From NCBI GenBank assembly GCA_030390025.1, contig JASTWF010000157.1:744001-808000 (forward strand): a stretch of 64,000 nucleotides of DNA, given 5' to 3'. Of this stretch, positions 43,301-58,300 are shown in pieces (position 1 is the stretch's first letter; the number at the start of each line of letters is the position of its first letter). Made by a program: the position numbers and the translations under genes. The DNA is from Squalus acanthias (taxonomy: Eukaryota). Under the pieces are notes generated by a model, which was not told the origin of the DNA, did no database searches, and saw only the letters and a program-made list of their open reading frames with translations.

Positions 43301-46300
43301 GATCCCCACATTTTCCAGAGTGCTGTCTTCTATATGTTTGGCAGCAGCGGAAACTAGCCTGTTTTAAATCGTACACTTCCTGCTCTTCCCATCTGTGAAG
43401 AAATCCTCAGCATTTACTTTCACGTGCCAATAGCACAAAATGCTGAAGGTTTACACCTAAGTTTTGACCTCTGCTTTTTGCCCTGTGTCTCATTGAACAT
43501 CAGGAAGATAATCTGTTGTTAATGGAGGGACATCGAGCAGACTCCGAAAGGTCTTCGGCCTGAAACGTTAACTCTGTTGCTCTCTCCATGGATGCTGCCT
43601 CGCCTGCTGAGTTTTTCCAGCGTTTTCTGTCGTGATTTCCAATATATAATGTATGTTCCTGCACTTTGCCATTCCAGCAAAAAAATTAGCACCTGTTCAA
43701 AATAGATTCACTGAATTGGACAACTTTGCAACCACTGAGTATTTTCAGCCCTTTCATCTGCTTCATTCACTCACAAATATCTGTGGTTTGTTGCGACATC
43801 CAACATCTCCATGTGTTCCTCTGGGCAGAAAAATGTTACTGGCTGTAGAAGGATGACAGCAGTTTCAGTCTCCCCCTGATTTTCTCTGTTTTGCTCATTT
43901 TTATATTTTGTTTTCATGGTCCCTCCGTACCTCACCCTTTTACCCAGTCTGTCAGTCACCTTCTGTGTTGTGTTGACATCTCACATTTTCAAGCCTTGTT
44001 TGAGATGCAGATAAGTGTTGTTCTGGTGATTTTAATGGCAATCCACAGTATTGTGTGCAATTTGAAGAGGGCCCTTATCATCACAGGTCAGATTAGAAAC
44101 TTGCCTGGTGAGGACATCTGAGGGCACACAACTCAAAAGGCACACTGCATGGTCTCATATCATTGCTGACAATACAAGCGGGCGAATACTTATTGACCTC
44201 TTCGGACATTGTTCTGTCTGCATTTCTAAAGCAAGCACAAACCCAATCAAACGAATTAACAGCAGCATTAAAATAGCAGATTTAAGAATGTTATATGTGA
44301 TGATGAAATGTTTAGCTGCTAATATCATCAGTAGTAATTTCCATGCCCAACGCCATTTCCTTGAGCTGTAACATTCTTAAATATTAACCATAGAGCCTTG
44401 TCCTTATTGCTTAAATGTCAATATATGAGACACAGTTGTCTACATCTATAATTTCTGAATGAAGAATTGCTATTAGATGCCTAAATCCTCATTTCCATTG
44501 TGTTTGCTTACAGGGCAGGCTATCGTGAGTTCTGCAGGGAAATCAGGCTTCTGTAATTTCACACTATGTACCAAGAGTTGTGAAATTTTGAATTATACGG
44601 GAAAATGTGAAACCACCACAGCACCCACCACTACGCCCAGCACATCCGAATCTACAACAGTAACAATGACTCCCACCTCCACAGCAACAACAACCTGCTC
44701 CTGCAATGTCGATGGACAAATAATGTCACCTGGTAAGTGTATCAGTTATTAACAATCTGATGCAATCAAAGTCACACAAGAAACTTGGGAGCAATATCGA
44801 ATATGAATCACAATTGACGACAATAATTGAATCAGTTCATTGAAGTGAAGCTCCAGCCCGTTCCATGACATAGAAACATAGAAACATAGAAAATAGGTGC
44901 AGGAGTAGACCATTCGGTCCTTCGAGCCTGCACCGCCATTTAATGCGTTCATTGCTGAACATGCTACCTCAGTACCCCATTCCTGCTTTCTCGCCATACC
45001 CCTTGATACCCCTAGTTGTGAGTATTATATCTAACTCCCTTTTGAATATATTTAGCAAACTAGCCTCAACAACCTTCTGTGGTAGAGAATTGCACCGATT
45101 CACCACTCTCTGGGTGAAGAAATTCCTCCTCATCTCAGTCTTAAATGGCTTCCCCTTTATCCTTAGACTGTGACCCCTGGTTTTAGTTTTCCCTAACATT
45201 GGAAACATTCTGCCTGCATCTAATTTGTCTAAACCAGTCAGGATTTTAAACGTCTCTATAAGATCCCCCCTCATTCTTCTGAACTCCAGAGGATACAAGT
45301 TCAGTTGATCCAGTCTTTCTTGATATGTCAGTCTGGACATCCCAGGAATCAATCTAGTGAACCTTTGTTGCACTCCCTCAATAGCAAGAATGTCCTTCCT
45401 CAAGTTAGGAGACCAAAACTGCACACAATACTCCAGGTGTGGTCTCACCAAGGCCCTGTACAACTGTAGCATCACCTCCCTTCTCCTGTACTCAAATCCC
45501 CTTGCTATGAAGGCCATCATGCCATTTGCTTTCTTGACTGCCTGCTGCACTTGCCTTCCCACCTTCAGTGACTGATGTACATGACGCCCAGGTCTCGTTG
45601 CACCTCCCCTTTCCCTAATCTGCCACCATTCAGGTAATAGTCTGCCTCCCTATTTTTACCACCAAAGTGGATAACCTCACATTTATCCACATTGTACTTC
45701 ATCTGCCATACATTTGCCCATTCACCCAACCTGTCCAAGTCACTCTGTAGCCTCCTAGCATCCTCCTCATTGTTCACACTGCCTCCCAATTTAGTGTCAT
45801 CCGCAAATTTGGAGATATTACAATTAATCCCTTCGTCCAAATCATTAATATATAATGTAAACAGCTGGGGCCCCAGCACCGAACCCTGCGGTACCCCGCT
45901 GGTCACTGCCTGCCATTCTGAAAAGTACCCATTTACTCCTACTCTTTGTTTCCTGTGTGCCAACCAGTTCTCAATCCACGTCAACACATTACCCCCAATC
46001 CCATGTGCTTTAACTTTGCACACCAATCTCTTGTGTGGGACCTTGTCGAAGGCCTTCTGAAAGTCCAAATACACCACATCTACTGGTTCCCCCCCGTCCA
46101 CCCTATTGGAAACATCCTCAAAAAATTCCAGAAGATTTGTCCAGCATGATTTCCCTTTCACAAATCCATGCTGACTTGGACCTATCATGTCGCCACTTTC
46201 CAAATGGTCTGTTGTGACATCTTTAATAATTGATTCCATCATTTTACCCACCACCGATGTCAGGCTGACCGGTCTATAATTCCCTGCTTTCTCCCTCCCT

Positions 46301-49300
46301 CCATTTTTAAAAAGAGGGGTTACATTAGCCACCCTCCACTCCTTCAGAACTGATCCAGAGTCTAAGGAATGTTGGAAAATGATCGTCAATGCATCCACTA
46401 TTTCCAAGGCCAGCTCCTGAAGTACTCTGGGATGCAGACCATCAGGCCCTGGGGATTTATCAGCCTTCAGTCCCATCAATTTCCCCAACACCTTTTCCCG
46501 ACTGATAAGGATTTCCCTCAGCTCCTCCCTCTTACCAGATCCTTTGATCTCTTTTATTTCCAGAAGGTTGTTTGTGTTCTCCACAGTAAACACTGAACCA
46601 AAGTACTTGTTCAATTGATCTGCCATTTCTTTGTTCCCCATTATGACTTCCCCTGTTTCTGACTGCAGGGGACCTACGTTTGTTTTTACTAACTTCTTTC
46701 TTTTTACATATTTATAGAAGCTTTTGCAGTCCGTTTTAATGTTCTCCGCAAGCTTCCTTTCATATTTTATTTTCCCTGCCCTAATCAAACCCTTCGTCCT
46801 CCTCTGCTGAGTTTTAAAGTTCTCCCAGTCCCCGGGTTTGCTGCTACTTCTGGCCAATTTGTATGCCACTTCCTTGCTTTTAATACTATCCCTGATTTCC
46901 CTTGTTAGCCATGGTTGAGCCACCTTCCCTTTTTTATTTTTACACCAGACAGGGATGTACAATTGCTGTAGTTCATCCATGCGATCTCTAAATGTCTGCC
47001 ATTGCCCTTCCACTGATAACCCCTTAAATATCGCTTGCCAATCTAACCTCGCCAATTCACGCCTCATACCCTCAAAGTTGCCCTTATTTAAGTTCTGGAC
47101 CATGGTCTCTGAATTAACTGTTTCCTTCTCCATCCTAATGTAGAACTCCACCATACTATGGTCACTCTTCCCCAAGGGGCCTCGCACCACAAGATTGCTG
47201 ATTAGTCCTTCCTCATTACACAACACCCAGTCCAGGATGGCCTCCCCTCTAGTTGGTTCCTCAACATATTGGTTTAGGAAACCATCCCTTAAACACTCCA
47301 GGAAATCCTCCTCCACCGTATTGCTTCCAGTTTGAGTAGCCCAATCTATATGCATATTAAATTCACCCATGATAACTGCTGCGCCTTTTTTGCATGCACC
47401 TCTGATTTCCTGTTTCATACCCTCCCCCACCTCACTACTACTGTTTGGAGGTCTGTACACAACCCCCACTAACGTTTTCTGCCCTTTGGTGTTCTGCAGC
47501 TCAACCCATATTGATTCCACATCCTCCAAGCTAATGTCCTTCCTAGCTATTGCATTAATCTCCTTTTTAACCAGCAATGCTACCCCACCCCCTTTTCCTT
47601 TTATTCTATCCTTCCTGAATGTTGAATACCCCTGGATATTCAGTTCCCAGCCTTGATTGTTCTGGAGCCACGTCTCTGTAATCCCAATCACATCATATCC
47701 GTTAACATCAATTTGCACAGTCAATTCATCCACCTTATTACGGATACTCCTTGCATTAAGACACAGAGCCTTTAGGCTTGTTTTATTAACACCCTTTGTC
47801 CTTTTAGACTTATGATTTAGTATGGCCCTTTGTGTTTCTTGCCTTTGTTTACTTGGATTTCCCTTATTGTTTCTCACCCTTCTAACATTTGTTTCTGACT
47901 GCATATTACTTCCCCCTGTTTTGCTACATAGGTTCCCATTCCCCTGCCATATTAGTTTAAATCCTCCCGAACTGCCTTAGCAAATATTACCCCGAGGACA
48001 TCGGTTCCAGTCCTGCCTAAGTGCAGACCGTCCCTTTTGTACAGGTCCCACTTCCCCCAGAACTGGTTCCAATGCCTCAGGTATTTGAATCCCTCCCTCC
48101 TGCACCACTGCTCAAGCCACGTATTTAATCTCGCTATCCTGTTCATGCTACTCTGATTAGCACGTGGCACTGGTAGCAACCCAGAGATTACTACCTTTGA
48201 GGTCCTACTTTTCAATTTAGCTCCTAGCTCCCTAAATTCTGCTTGTAGGACCTCTTCCCGCTTTTTACCTATATCGTTGGTACCTACATGCACCACGACA
48301 GCTGGCTCTTCACCCTCCCTTTCCAGAATGTTCTGCAGCCGCTCCGAGACATCCTTGACCCTTGCACCAGGGAGGCAACATACCATCCAGCAATCTCGGT
48401 TGCGGCCACAGAAACTCCTGTCTATTCCCCTTACAATTGAGTCCCCTATCACTATAGCTCTACCACTCTTTTTCCCGCCCTGCTGTGCAGCAGAGCCAGC
48501 CATGGTGCCATGAACCTGGCTGCTGGTGCCTTCCCCTGGTAGGTCATTTCCCCCAACAGTATCCAAAACGGTATATCTGTTTTGGAGGGAGACGACCGCA
48601 GGGGACTCCTGCACTACCTTCCTGATATTGCCCTGCCTCTTGGTCACCCATTTACTGTCTGACCTAGCCTTTACCCGTGGTGTGTTCAACTCACTAAATG
48701 AGTAATCCACAAAGTTCTCGGCATCGTGGATGCTCCAGAGTGAGTCCATCCGCAGCTCCAGTGTCGCCAAGCGGTCCGTCAGGAGCTGCAGCTGGACGCA
48801 CTTCCTGCACACATAGTTGTTAGGGACACTGGAAGTGTCCCTGATTTCCCACATAGCACAGGAGGAGCACGACACGGCTCCGAGATTTCCTGCCATGACT
48901 TAACCCTTATATTACGTAATTAAGTTAAGTCCCTGAAAACAAAATATAAATCGAACCTACCTTTTAAATTCCCTCTACCCCTAAAGGTTAGAGGAGGTGG
49001 GAGGGTGGGAGACACTACTAGTGTAGTGTCTCGGGCTTAGCAACAGCTCCACCTATATACGGGTACCAATGAATTGGCCCCACCCTCTGACTTTGCAAAA
49101 AGCCCACGAAGCTCCTTCCCCGCTGCCGACCGCTCTGTGGAAGAAAGAAAGGCTCCTCTTCCTCCGCCGCTGTCGACGCTGGTGTGAGGCCTACCTGAGC
49201 CTCGGGGCTCCCTTTATCTACTCGCCGCCGCTCCCGCCGCTCCAACCAGGTCAGCTCCTCCTTCCCCGCTGCCGACCGCTCTGTGGAAGAAAGAAAGGCT

Positions 49301-52300
49301 CCTCCTCCTCCGCCGCTGTCGACGCTGGTTTATATTAAGTGGATGTCTTTGTAAATCATTCAGTATAATTTCAAAGTATGAATTGTATTGAAACTAATGA
49401 TCCCCACATTTTCCAGAGTGCTGTCTTCTATATGTTTGGGAGCAGCGGAAATTAGCCTGATTTAAATTGTGCACTTCCTTCTCTTCCGATCTCTGAAGAA
49501 ATCCTCCAGCTTTTTCTTTCACATGACAATAGCACAAAATGCTGAAGGTTCACAGCTAAGTTTTGACCTCTGCTTTTTGCCCTGTGTCTCATTGAACATC
49601 AGGAAGATAATCTGCTGTTAATGGAGCGACATCGAGCAGACTCCAATATATAATGTATGTTCCTGTAAATGGCAATTCCAGCAAAAAAATTAGCACCTGT
49701 TCAAAATAGATTCTCTGAATTAGACAACTTTGCAACCACTGAGTATTTTCTGCGCTTTCATCTGCTTCATTCACTCACAAATATCTGTGGTTTGTTGCGA
49801 CATCCAACATCTCCATGTGTTCCTCTGGGCAGAAAAATGTTACTGGCTGTAGAAGGATGACAGCAGTTTCAGTCTCCACCTGATTTTCTCTGTTTTGCTC
49901 ATTTTTCGGTTTTGTTTTCATGGTCCCACCATACCTCACCCTTTTACCCAGTCTGTCAGTCACCTTCTGTGTTGTGTTGACATCTCACATTTTCAAGCAT
50001 TGTTTGAGTTGCATATAAGTGTTGTTCTGGTGATTTTAATGGTAATCCACAGTATTGTGTGCAATTTGAAGAGGGCCCTTATCATCACAGGTCAGATTAG
50101 AAACTTGCCTGGTGAGGACATCTGAGGGCACACAACTCAAAAGGAACACTGCATGGTCTCATATCATTGCTGACAATACAAGCGGGCGAATACTTATTGA
50201 CCTGTTCGGACATTGTTCTGTCTGCATTTCTAAAGCAAGCACAAACCCGATCAAACGAATTAACAGCAGCATTAAAATAGCAGATTTAAGAATGTTATAT
50301 GAGATGATGAAACGTTTAGCTGCTAATATCATCAGTAGTAATTTCCATGCCCAACGCCATTTCCTTCAGGTATAACATTCTTAAATATTAACCATAGAGC
50401 CTTGTCCTTATTGCTTAAATGTCAATATATGAGACACAGTTGTCTCCATCAAAAATTTTTGAATGAAGAATTTCTATTAGATGCCTAATTCCTCATTTCT
50501 ATTGCACTTACTTACAGGGCAGGCTATCGTGAGTTCTGCAGGGAAATCAGGCTTCTGTAATTTCACACTATGTACTAAGAGTTGTGACATTTTGAAGTAT
50601 ACGGGAAAATGTGAAACCACCACAGCGCCCACCACTACGCCCAGCACATCCGAATCTACAACAGTAACAATGACTCCCACCTCCACAGCAACAACAACCT
50701 GCTCCTGCAATGTCAATGGACAAATAATGTCACCTGGTAAGTGTATCAGTTATTAACAATCTGATGCAATCAAAGTCACACAAGAAACTTTGAAGCAATA
50801 TCGAATATGAATCACAATTGACGACAATAATTGAATCAGTTCATTGAAGTGAAGCTCCAGCCCGTTCCATGACATAGTTTATATTAAGTGGATGTCTTTG
50901 TAAATCTTTCAGTAGAATTTCAGAGTATGAATTGTATTGAAACTAATGATCCCCACATTTTCCAGAGTGCTGTCTTCTATATATTTGGGAGCAGCGGAAA
51001 CTAGCCTGTTTTAAATCGTACACTTCCTGCTCTTCCCATCTGTGAAGAAATCCTCAGCATTTACTTTCACATGCCAATAGCACAAAATGCTGAAGGTTTA
51101 CACCTAAGTTTAGACCTCTGTTTTTTGCCCTGTGTCTCATTGAACATCAGGAAGATAATCTGCTGTTAATGGAGAGACATCGAGCAGCCTCCGATATATA
51201 ATGTATGTTCCTGTACTTGGCAATTACAGTAAAAAAATTAGCGCCCGTTCAAAATAGACTCTCTGAATTAGACAACTTTGCAACCACTGAGTATTTTCTG
51301 CCCTTTCATCTGCTTCATTCACTCACAAATATCTCTGGTTTGTTGCGACATCCAACATCTCCATGTGTTCCTCTGGGCAGAAAAATGTTACTGGCTGTAG
51401 AAGGATGACAGCAGTTTCAGTCTCCCCCTGATTTTCTCTGTTTTGCTCATTTTTATGTTTTGTGTTCATGGTCCCTCCGTACCTCACCCTTTTACCCAGT
51501 CTGTCAGTCACCTTCTGTGTTGTGTTGACATCTCACATTTTCAAGCCTTGTTTGAGATGCAGATAAGTGTTGTTCTGGTGATTTTAATGGCAATCCACAG
51601 TATTGTGTGCAATTTGAAAGGGCCCTTATCATCACAGGTCAGATTAGAAACTTGCCTGGTGAGGACATCTGAGGCCACACAACTCAAAAGGAACACTGCA
51701 TGGTCTCATATCATTGCTGACAATACAAGCGGGCGAATACTTAGTGACCTCTTCGGACATTGTTCTGTCTGCATTTCTAAAGCAAGCACAAACCCAATCA
51801 AACGAATTAACAGCAGCATTAAAATAGCAGATTTAAGAATGTTATATGAGATGATGAAACATGTAGCTCCTAATATCGTCAGTAGTAATTTCCATGCAAA
51901 AATGCCATTTCCTTCAGGTGTAACATTCTTAAATATTAACCATAGAGCCTTGTTCTTATTGCTTCAATGTCAATATATGAGACACAGTTGTCTACATCTA
52001 TAATTTCTGAATGAAGAATTGCGATTAGATGCCTAATTCCTCATTTCCATTGCGTTTGCTTACAGGGCAGGCTATCGTGAGTTCTGCAGGGAAATCAGGC
52101 TTCTGTAATTTCACACTATGTACTAAGAGTTGTGAAATTTTGAAGTATACGGGAAAATGTGAAACCACCACAGCACCCACCACTACGCCCAGCACATCCG
52201 AATCTACAACAGTAACAATGACTCCCACCTCCACAGCAACAACAACCTGCTCCTGCAATGTCAATGGACAAATAATGTCACCTGGTAAGTGTATCAGTTA

Positions 52301-55300
52301 TTAACAATCTGATGCAATCAAAGTCACACAAGAAACTTTGGAGCAATATCGAATATGAATCACAATTGACGACAATAATTGAATCAGTTCATTGAAGTGA
52401 AGCTCCAGCCCGTTCCATTACATAGTTTATATTAAGTGATTGTCTTTGTAAATCTTTCAGTATAATTTCAGAGTATGAATTGTATTGAAACTAATGATCC
52501 CCACATTTTCCAGAGTGCTGTCTTCTATATATTTGGGAGCAGCGGAAACTAGCCTGTTTTAAATCGTACACTTCCTGCTCTTCCCATCTGTGAAGAAATC
52601 CTCAGCATTTACTTTCACATGCCAATAGCACAAAATGCTGAAGGTTTACACCTAAGTTTTGACCTCTGTTTTTTGCCCTGTGTCTCATTGATCATCAGGA
52701 AGATAATCTGCTGTTAATGGAGAGACATCGAGCAGCCTCCAATATATAATGTATGTGCCTGTACTTGGCAATTACAGTAAAAAAATTAGCGCCCGTTCAA
52801 AATAGACTCTCTGAATTAGACAACTTTGAAACCACTGAGTATTTTCTGCGCTTTCATCTGCTTCATTCACTCACAGATATCTGTGGTTTGTTGCGACATC
52901 CAACATCTCCATGTGTTCCTCTGGGCAGAAAAATGTTACTGGCTGTAGAAGGATGACAGCAGTTTCAGTCTCCCCCTGATTTTCTCTGTTTTGCTCATTT
53001 TTCGGTTTTGTTTTCATGGTCCCACCGTACCTCACCCTTTTACCCAATCTGTCAGTCACTTTCTGTGTTGTGTTGACATCTCACATTTTCAAGCTTTGTT
53101 TAAGAGGCATATAAGTGTTGTTCTGGTGATTTTAATGGCAATCCACAGTATTGTGTGCAATTTGAAGAGGGCCCTTATCATCAGAGGTCAGATTAGAAAC
53201 TTGCCTGGTGAGGACATCTCAGGGCTCACAACTCAAAAGGCACACTGCATGGTCTCATATCATTGCTGACAATACAAGCGGGCGAATACTTATTGACCTC
53301 TTCGGACATTGTTCTGTCTGCATTTCTATAGCAAGCACAAACCCAATCAAACGAATTAACAGCAGCATTAAAATAGCAGATTTAAGAATGTTATATGAGA
53401 TGATGAAACATGTAGCTCCTAATATCGTCAGTAGTAATTTCCATGCCCAATGCCATTTCCTTGAGGTGTAACATTCTTAAATATTAACCATAGAGCCTTG
53501 TTCTTATTGCTTAAATGTCAATATATGAGTCACAGTTGTCGACATCTGTAATTTCTGAATAAAGCATTGCGATTAGATGCCTAAATCCTCATTTCCATTG
53601 TGTTTGCTTGCAGGGCAGGCTATCGTGAGTTCTGCAGGGAAATCAGGCTTCTGTAATTTCACACTATGTACTAAGAGTTGTGAAATTTTGAATTATACGG
53701 GAAAATGTGAAACCACCACAGTACCCACCACTACGCCCAGCACATCTGAATCTACAACAGTAACAATGACTCCCACCTCCACAGCAACAACAACCTGCTC
53801 CTGCAATGTCAATGGACAAATAATGTCACCTGGTAAGTGTATCAGTTATTAACAATCTGATGCAATCAAAGTCACACAAGAAACTTTGGAGCAATATCGA
53901 ATATGAATCACAATTGACGACAATAATTGAATCAGTTCATTGAAGTGAAGCTCCAGCCCGTTCCATTACATAGTTTATATTAAGTGGTTGTCTTTGTAAA
54001 TCTTTCAGTATATTTTCAGAGTATGAATTGTATTGAAACTAATGATCCCCACATTTTCCAGAGTGCTGTCTTCTATATATTTGGGAGCAGCGGAAACTAG
54101 CCTGTTTTAAATCGTACACTTCCTGCTCTTCCCATCTGTGAAGAAATCCTCAGCATTTACTTTCACGTGCCAATAGTTCAAAATGCTGAAGGTTCACAGC
54201 TAAGTTTTGACCTCTGCTTTTTGCCCTGTGTCTCATTGAACATCAGGAAGATAATCTGCTGTTAATGGAGGGACATCGAGCAGACTCCGAAAGGTCTTCG
54301 ACCTGAAACGTTAACTCTGTTTCTCTCTCCACGGATGCTGCCTCGCCTGCTGAGTTTTTCCAGCGTTTTCTGTTGTTATTTCCAATATATAATGTATGTT
54401 CCTGTACTTTGCGATTCCAGCAAAAAAATTAGCACCTGTTCAAAATAGATTCTCTGAATTAGACAACTTTGCAACCACTGAGTATTTTCTGCGCTTTCAT
54501 CTGCTTCATTCACTCACAAATATCTGTGGTTTGTTGCGACATCCAACATCTCCATGTGTTCCTCTGGGCAGAAAAAATGTTACTGGCTGTAGAAGGATGA
54601 CAGCAGTTTCAGTCTCCCCCTGATTTTCTCTGTTTTGCTCATTATTAGGTTTTGTGTTCATGGTCCCTCCGTACCTCACCCTTTTACCCAGTCTGTCAGT
54701 CACCTTCTGTGTTGTGTTGACATCTCACATTTTCAAGCATTGTTTGAGATGCAGATAAGTGTTGTTCTGGTGATTTTAATGGCAATCCGCAGTATTGTGT
54801 GCAATTTGAAGAGGGCCCTTATCATCACAGGTCAGATTAGAAACTTGCCTGGTGAGGACATCTGAGGTCACACAACTCAAAAGGAACACTGCATGGTCTC
54901 ATATCATTGCTGACAATACAAGCGGGCGAATACTTATTGATCTCTTCGGACATTGTTTTGTCTGCATTTCTAAAGCAAGCACAAACCCGATCAAACGAAT
55001 TAACAGCAGCATTAAAATAGCAGATTTAAGAATGTTATATGAGATGATGAAACGTTTAGCTGCTAATATCGTCAGTAGTAATTTCCATGCAAAAATGCCA
55101 TTTCCTTCAGGTGTAACATTCTTAAATATTAACCATAGAGCCTTGTTCTTATTGCTTAAATGTCAATATATGAGACACAGTTGTCTACATCTATAATTTC
55201 TGAATGAAGAATTGCTATTAGATGCCTAATTCCTCATTTCCATTGCGTTTGCTTACAGGGCAGGCTATCGTGAGTTCTGCAGGGAAATCAGGCTTCTGTA

Positions 55301-58300
55301 ATTTCACACTATGTACTAAGAGTTGTGAAATTTTGAATTATACGGGAAAATGCGTAACCACCACAGCACCCACCACTACGCCCAGCACATCCGAATCTAC
55401 AACAGTAACAATGACTCCCACCTCCACAGCAACTACAACCTGCTCCTGCAATGTCAATGGACAAATAATGTCACCTGGTAAGTGTATCAGTTATTGACAA
55501 TCTGATGCAATCAAAGTCACACAAGAAACTTGGGAGCAATATCTAATATGAATCACAATTGACGACAATAATTGAATCAGTTCATTGAAGTGAAGCTCCA
55601 GCCCGTTCCATGACATGTTTATATGAAGTGGATGTCTTTGTAAATCATTCAGTATAATTTCAGAGTATGAATTGTATTGAAACTAATGATCCCCACATTT
55701 TCCAGTGTCGTGTCTTCTGTTTGTTTGGGAGCAGCGGAAATTAGCCTGATTTAAATTGTGCACTTCCTGCTCTTCCGATCTGTGAAGAAATCCTCCAGCT
55801 TTTTCTTTCACATGACAATAGCACAAAATGCTGAAGGTTCACAGCTAAGTTTTGACCTCTGCTTTTTGTCCTGTGTCTCATTGAACATCAGCAAGGTAAT
55901 CTGCTGTTAATGGAGAGACATCGAGCAGACTCCAATATATAATGTATGTTCCTGTACTTGGCAATTCCAGCAACAAAATTAGCACCTGTTCAAAATAGAC
56001 TCTCTGAATTAGACAACTTTGCAACCACTTGAGTATTTTCTGCGCTTTCATCTGCTTCATTCACTCACAAATGTCTGTGGTTTGTTGCGACATCCAACAT
56101 CTCCATGTGTTCCTCTGGGCAGAAAAAATGTTACTGGCTGTAGAAGGATGACAGCAGTTTCAGTCTCCCCCTGATTTTCTCTGTTATCCTCATTTTTCGG
56201 TTTTGTTTTCATGGTCCCACCATACCTCACTCTTTTACCCAGTCTGTCAGTCACTTTCTGTGTTGTGTTGACATCTCACATTTTCAAGCATTGTTTAAGA
56301 GGCATATAAAGTGTTGTTCTGGTGATTTTAATGGTAATCCACAGTATTGTGTGCAATTTGAAGAGGGCCCTTATCATCAGAGGTCAGATTAGAAACTTGC
56401 CTGGTGAGGACATCTGAGGGCTCACAACTCAAAAGGCACACTGCATGGTCTCATATCATTGCCGACAATACAAGCGGGCGAATACTTATTGACCTCTTCG
56501 GACATTGTTCTGTCTGCATTTCTAAAGCAAGCACAAACCCAATCAAACGAATTAACAGCAGCATTAAAATAGCAGATTTATTAATGTTATATGAGATGAT
56601 GAAACGTTTAGCTGCTAATATCGTCAGTAGTAATTTCCATGCCCAATGCCATTTCCTTCAGGTGTAACATTCTTAAATATTAACCATAGAGCCTTGTTCT
56701 TATTGCTTAAATGTCAATATATGAGACACAGTTGTCGACATCTGTAATTTCTGAATAAAGAATTGCGATTAGATGCCTAAATCCTCATTTCCATTGTGTT
56801 TGCTTACAGGGCAGGCTATCGTGAGTTCTGCAGGGAAATCAGGCTTCTGTAATTTCACACTATGTACTAAGAGTTGTGAAATTTTGAATTATACGGGAAA
56901 ATGTGAAACCACCACAGCACCCACCACTACGCCCAGCACATCCGAATCTACAACAGTAACAATGACTCCCACCTCCACAGCAACAACAACCTGCTCCTGC
57001 AATGTCAATGGACAAATAATGTCACCTGGTAAGTGTATCAGTTATTAACAATCTGATGCAATCAAAGTCACACAAGAAACTTGGGAGCAATATCTAATAT
57101 AAATCACAATTGACGACAATAATTGAATCAGTTCATTGAAGTGAAGCTCCAGCCCGTTCCATGACATAGTTTATATTAAGTGGATGTCTTTGTAAATCAT
57201 TTAGTATAATTTCAGAGTATGAATTGTATTGAAACTAATGATCCCCACATTTTCCAGAGTGCTGTCTTCTGTATGTTTGGGAGCAGCGGAAACTAGCCTG
57301 TTTTAAATCGTACACTTCCTGCTCTTCCCTCCTGTGAAGAAATCCTCCAGCATTTACTTTCACGTGCCAATAGCTCAAAATGCTGAAGGTTCACAGCTAA
57401 GTTTTGACCTCTGCTTTTTGCCCTGTGTCTCATTGAACATCAGGAAGATAATCTGCTGTTAATGGAGGGACATCGAGCAGACTCCAATATATAATGTATG
57501 TTCCTGTACTTTGCGATTCCAGCAAAAAAATTAGCACCTGTTCAAAATAGATTCTCTGAATTAGACAACTTTGCAACCACTGAGTATTTTCTGCCCTTTC
57601 ATCTGCTTCATTCACTCACAGATATCTGTGGTTTGTTGCGACATCCAACATCTCCATGTGTTCCTCTGGGCAGAAAAATGTTACTGGCTGTAGAAGGATG
57701 ACAGCAGTTTCAGTCTCCCCCTGATTCTCTCTGTTTTGCTCATTTTTCGGTTTTGTTTTCATGGTCCCTCCGTACCTCACCCTTTTACCCAGTCTGTCAG
57801 TCACCTTCTGTGTTGTGTTGACATCTCACATTTTCAAGCATTGTTTAAGAGGCATATAAGTGTTGTTCTGGTGATTTTAATGGTAATCCACAGTATTGTG
57901 TGCAATTTGAAGAGGGCCCTTATCATCAGAGGTCAGATTAGAAACTTGCCTGGTGAGGACATCTGAGGGCTCACAACTCAAAAGGCACACTGCATGGTCT
58001 CATATCATTGCTGACAATACAAGCGGGCGAATACTTATTGACTTCTTCGGACATTGTTCTGTCTGCATTTCTAAAGCAAGCACAAGCCCGATCAAACGAA
58101 TTAACAGCAGCATTCCCATGGCCCAGAAATTGCAGTGTGAGGGTTCGTGCGAGGGTAAGCCCTTCCCGCGATGTCTCACTGCGCGTTGGCTTTTTCAGTC
58201 CCAGCTCGCTGGAACTTCATGTTCCAGGCATCAGCTGCGAGTGCATCGTGATCCCACAGTGCGAAGTTAGTTCGAGCGTACTGTGGGATCACGTGACTGA

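Larger units (their letters stand above)
44874..49328 (-). mobile_element. CR1-clade LINE, copy 2 (duplicate of copy 1, offset 43353 bp)
   Basis: Same junctions, length, orientation and frameshift as 1521-5975. Confidence 0.95.
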
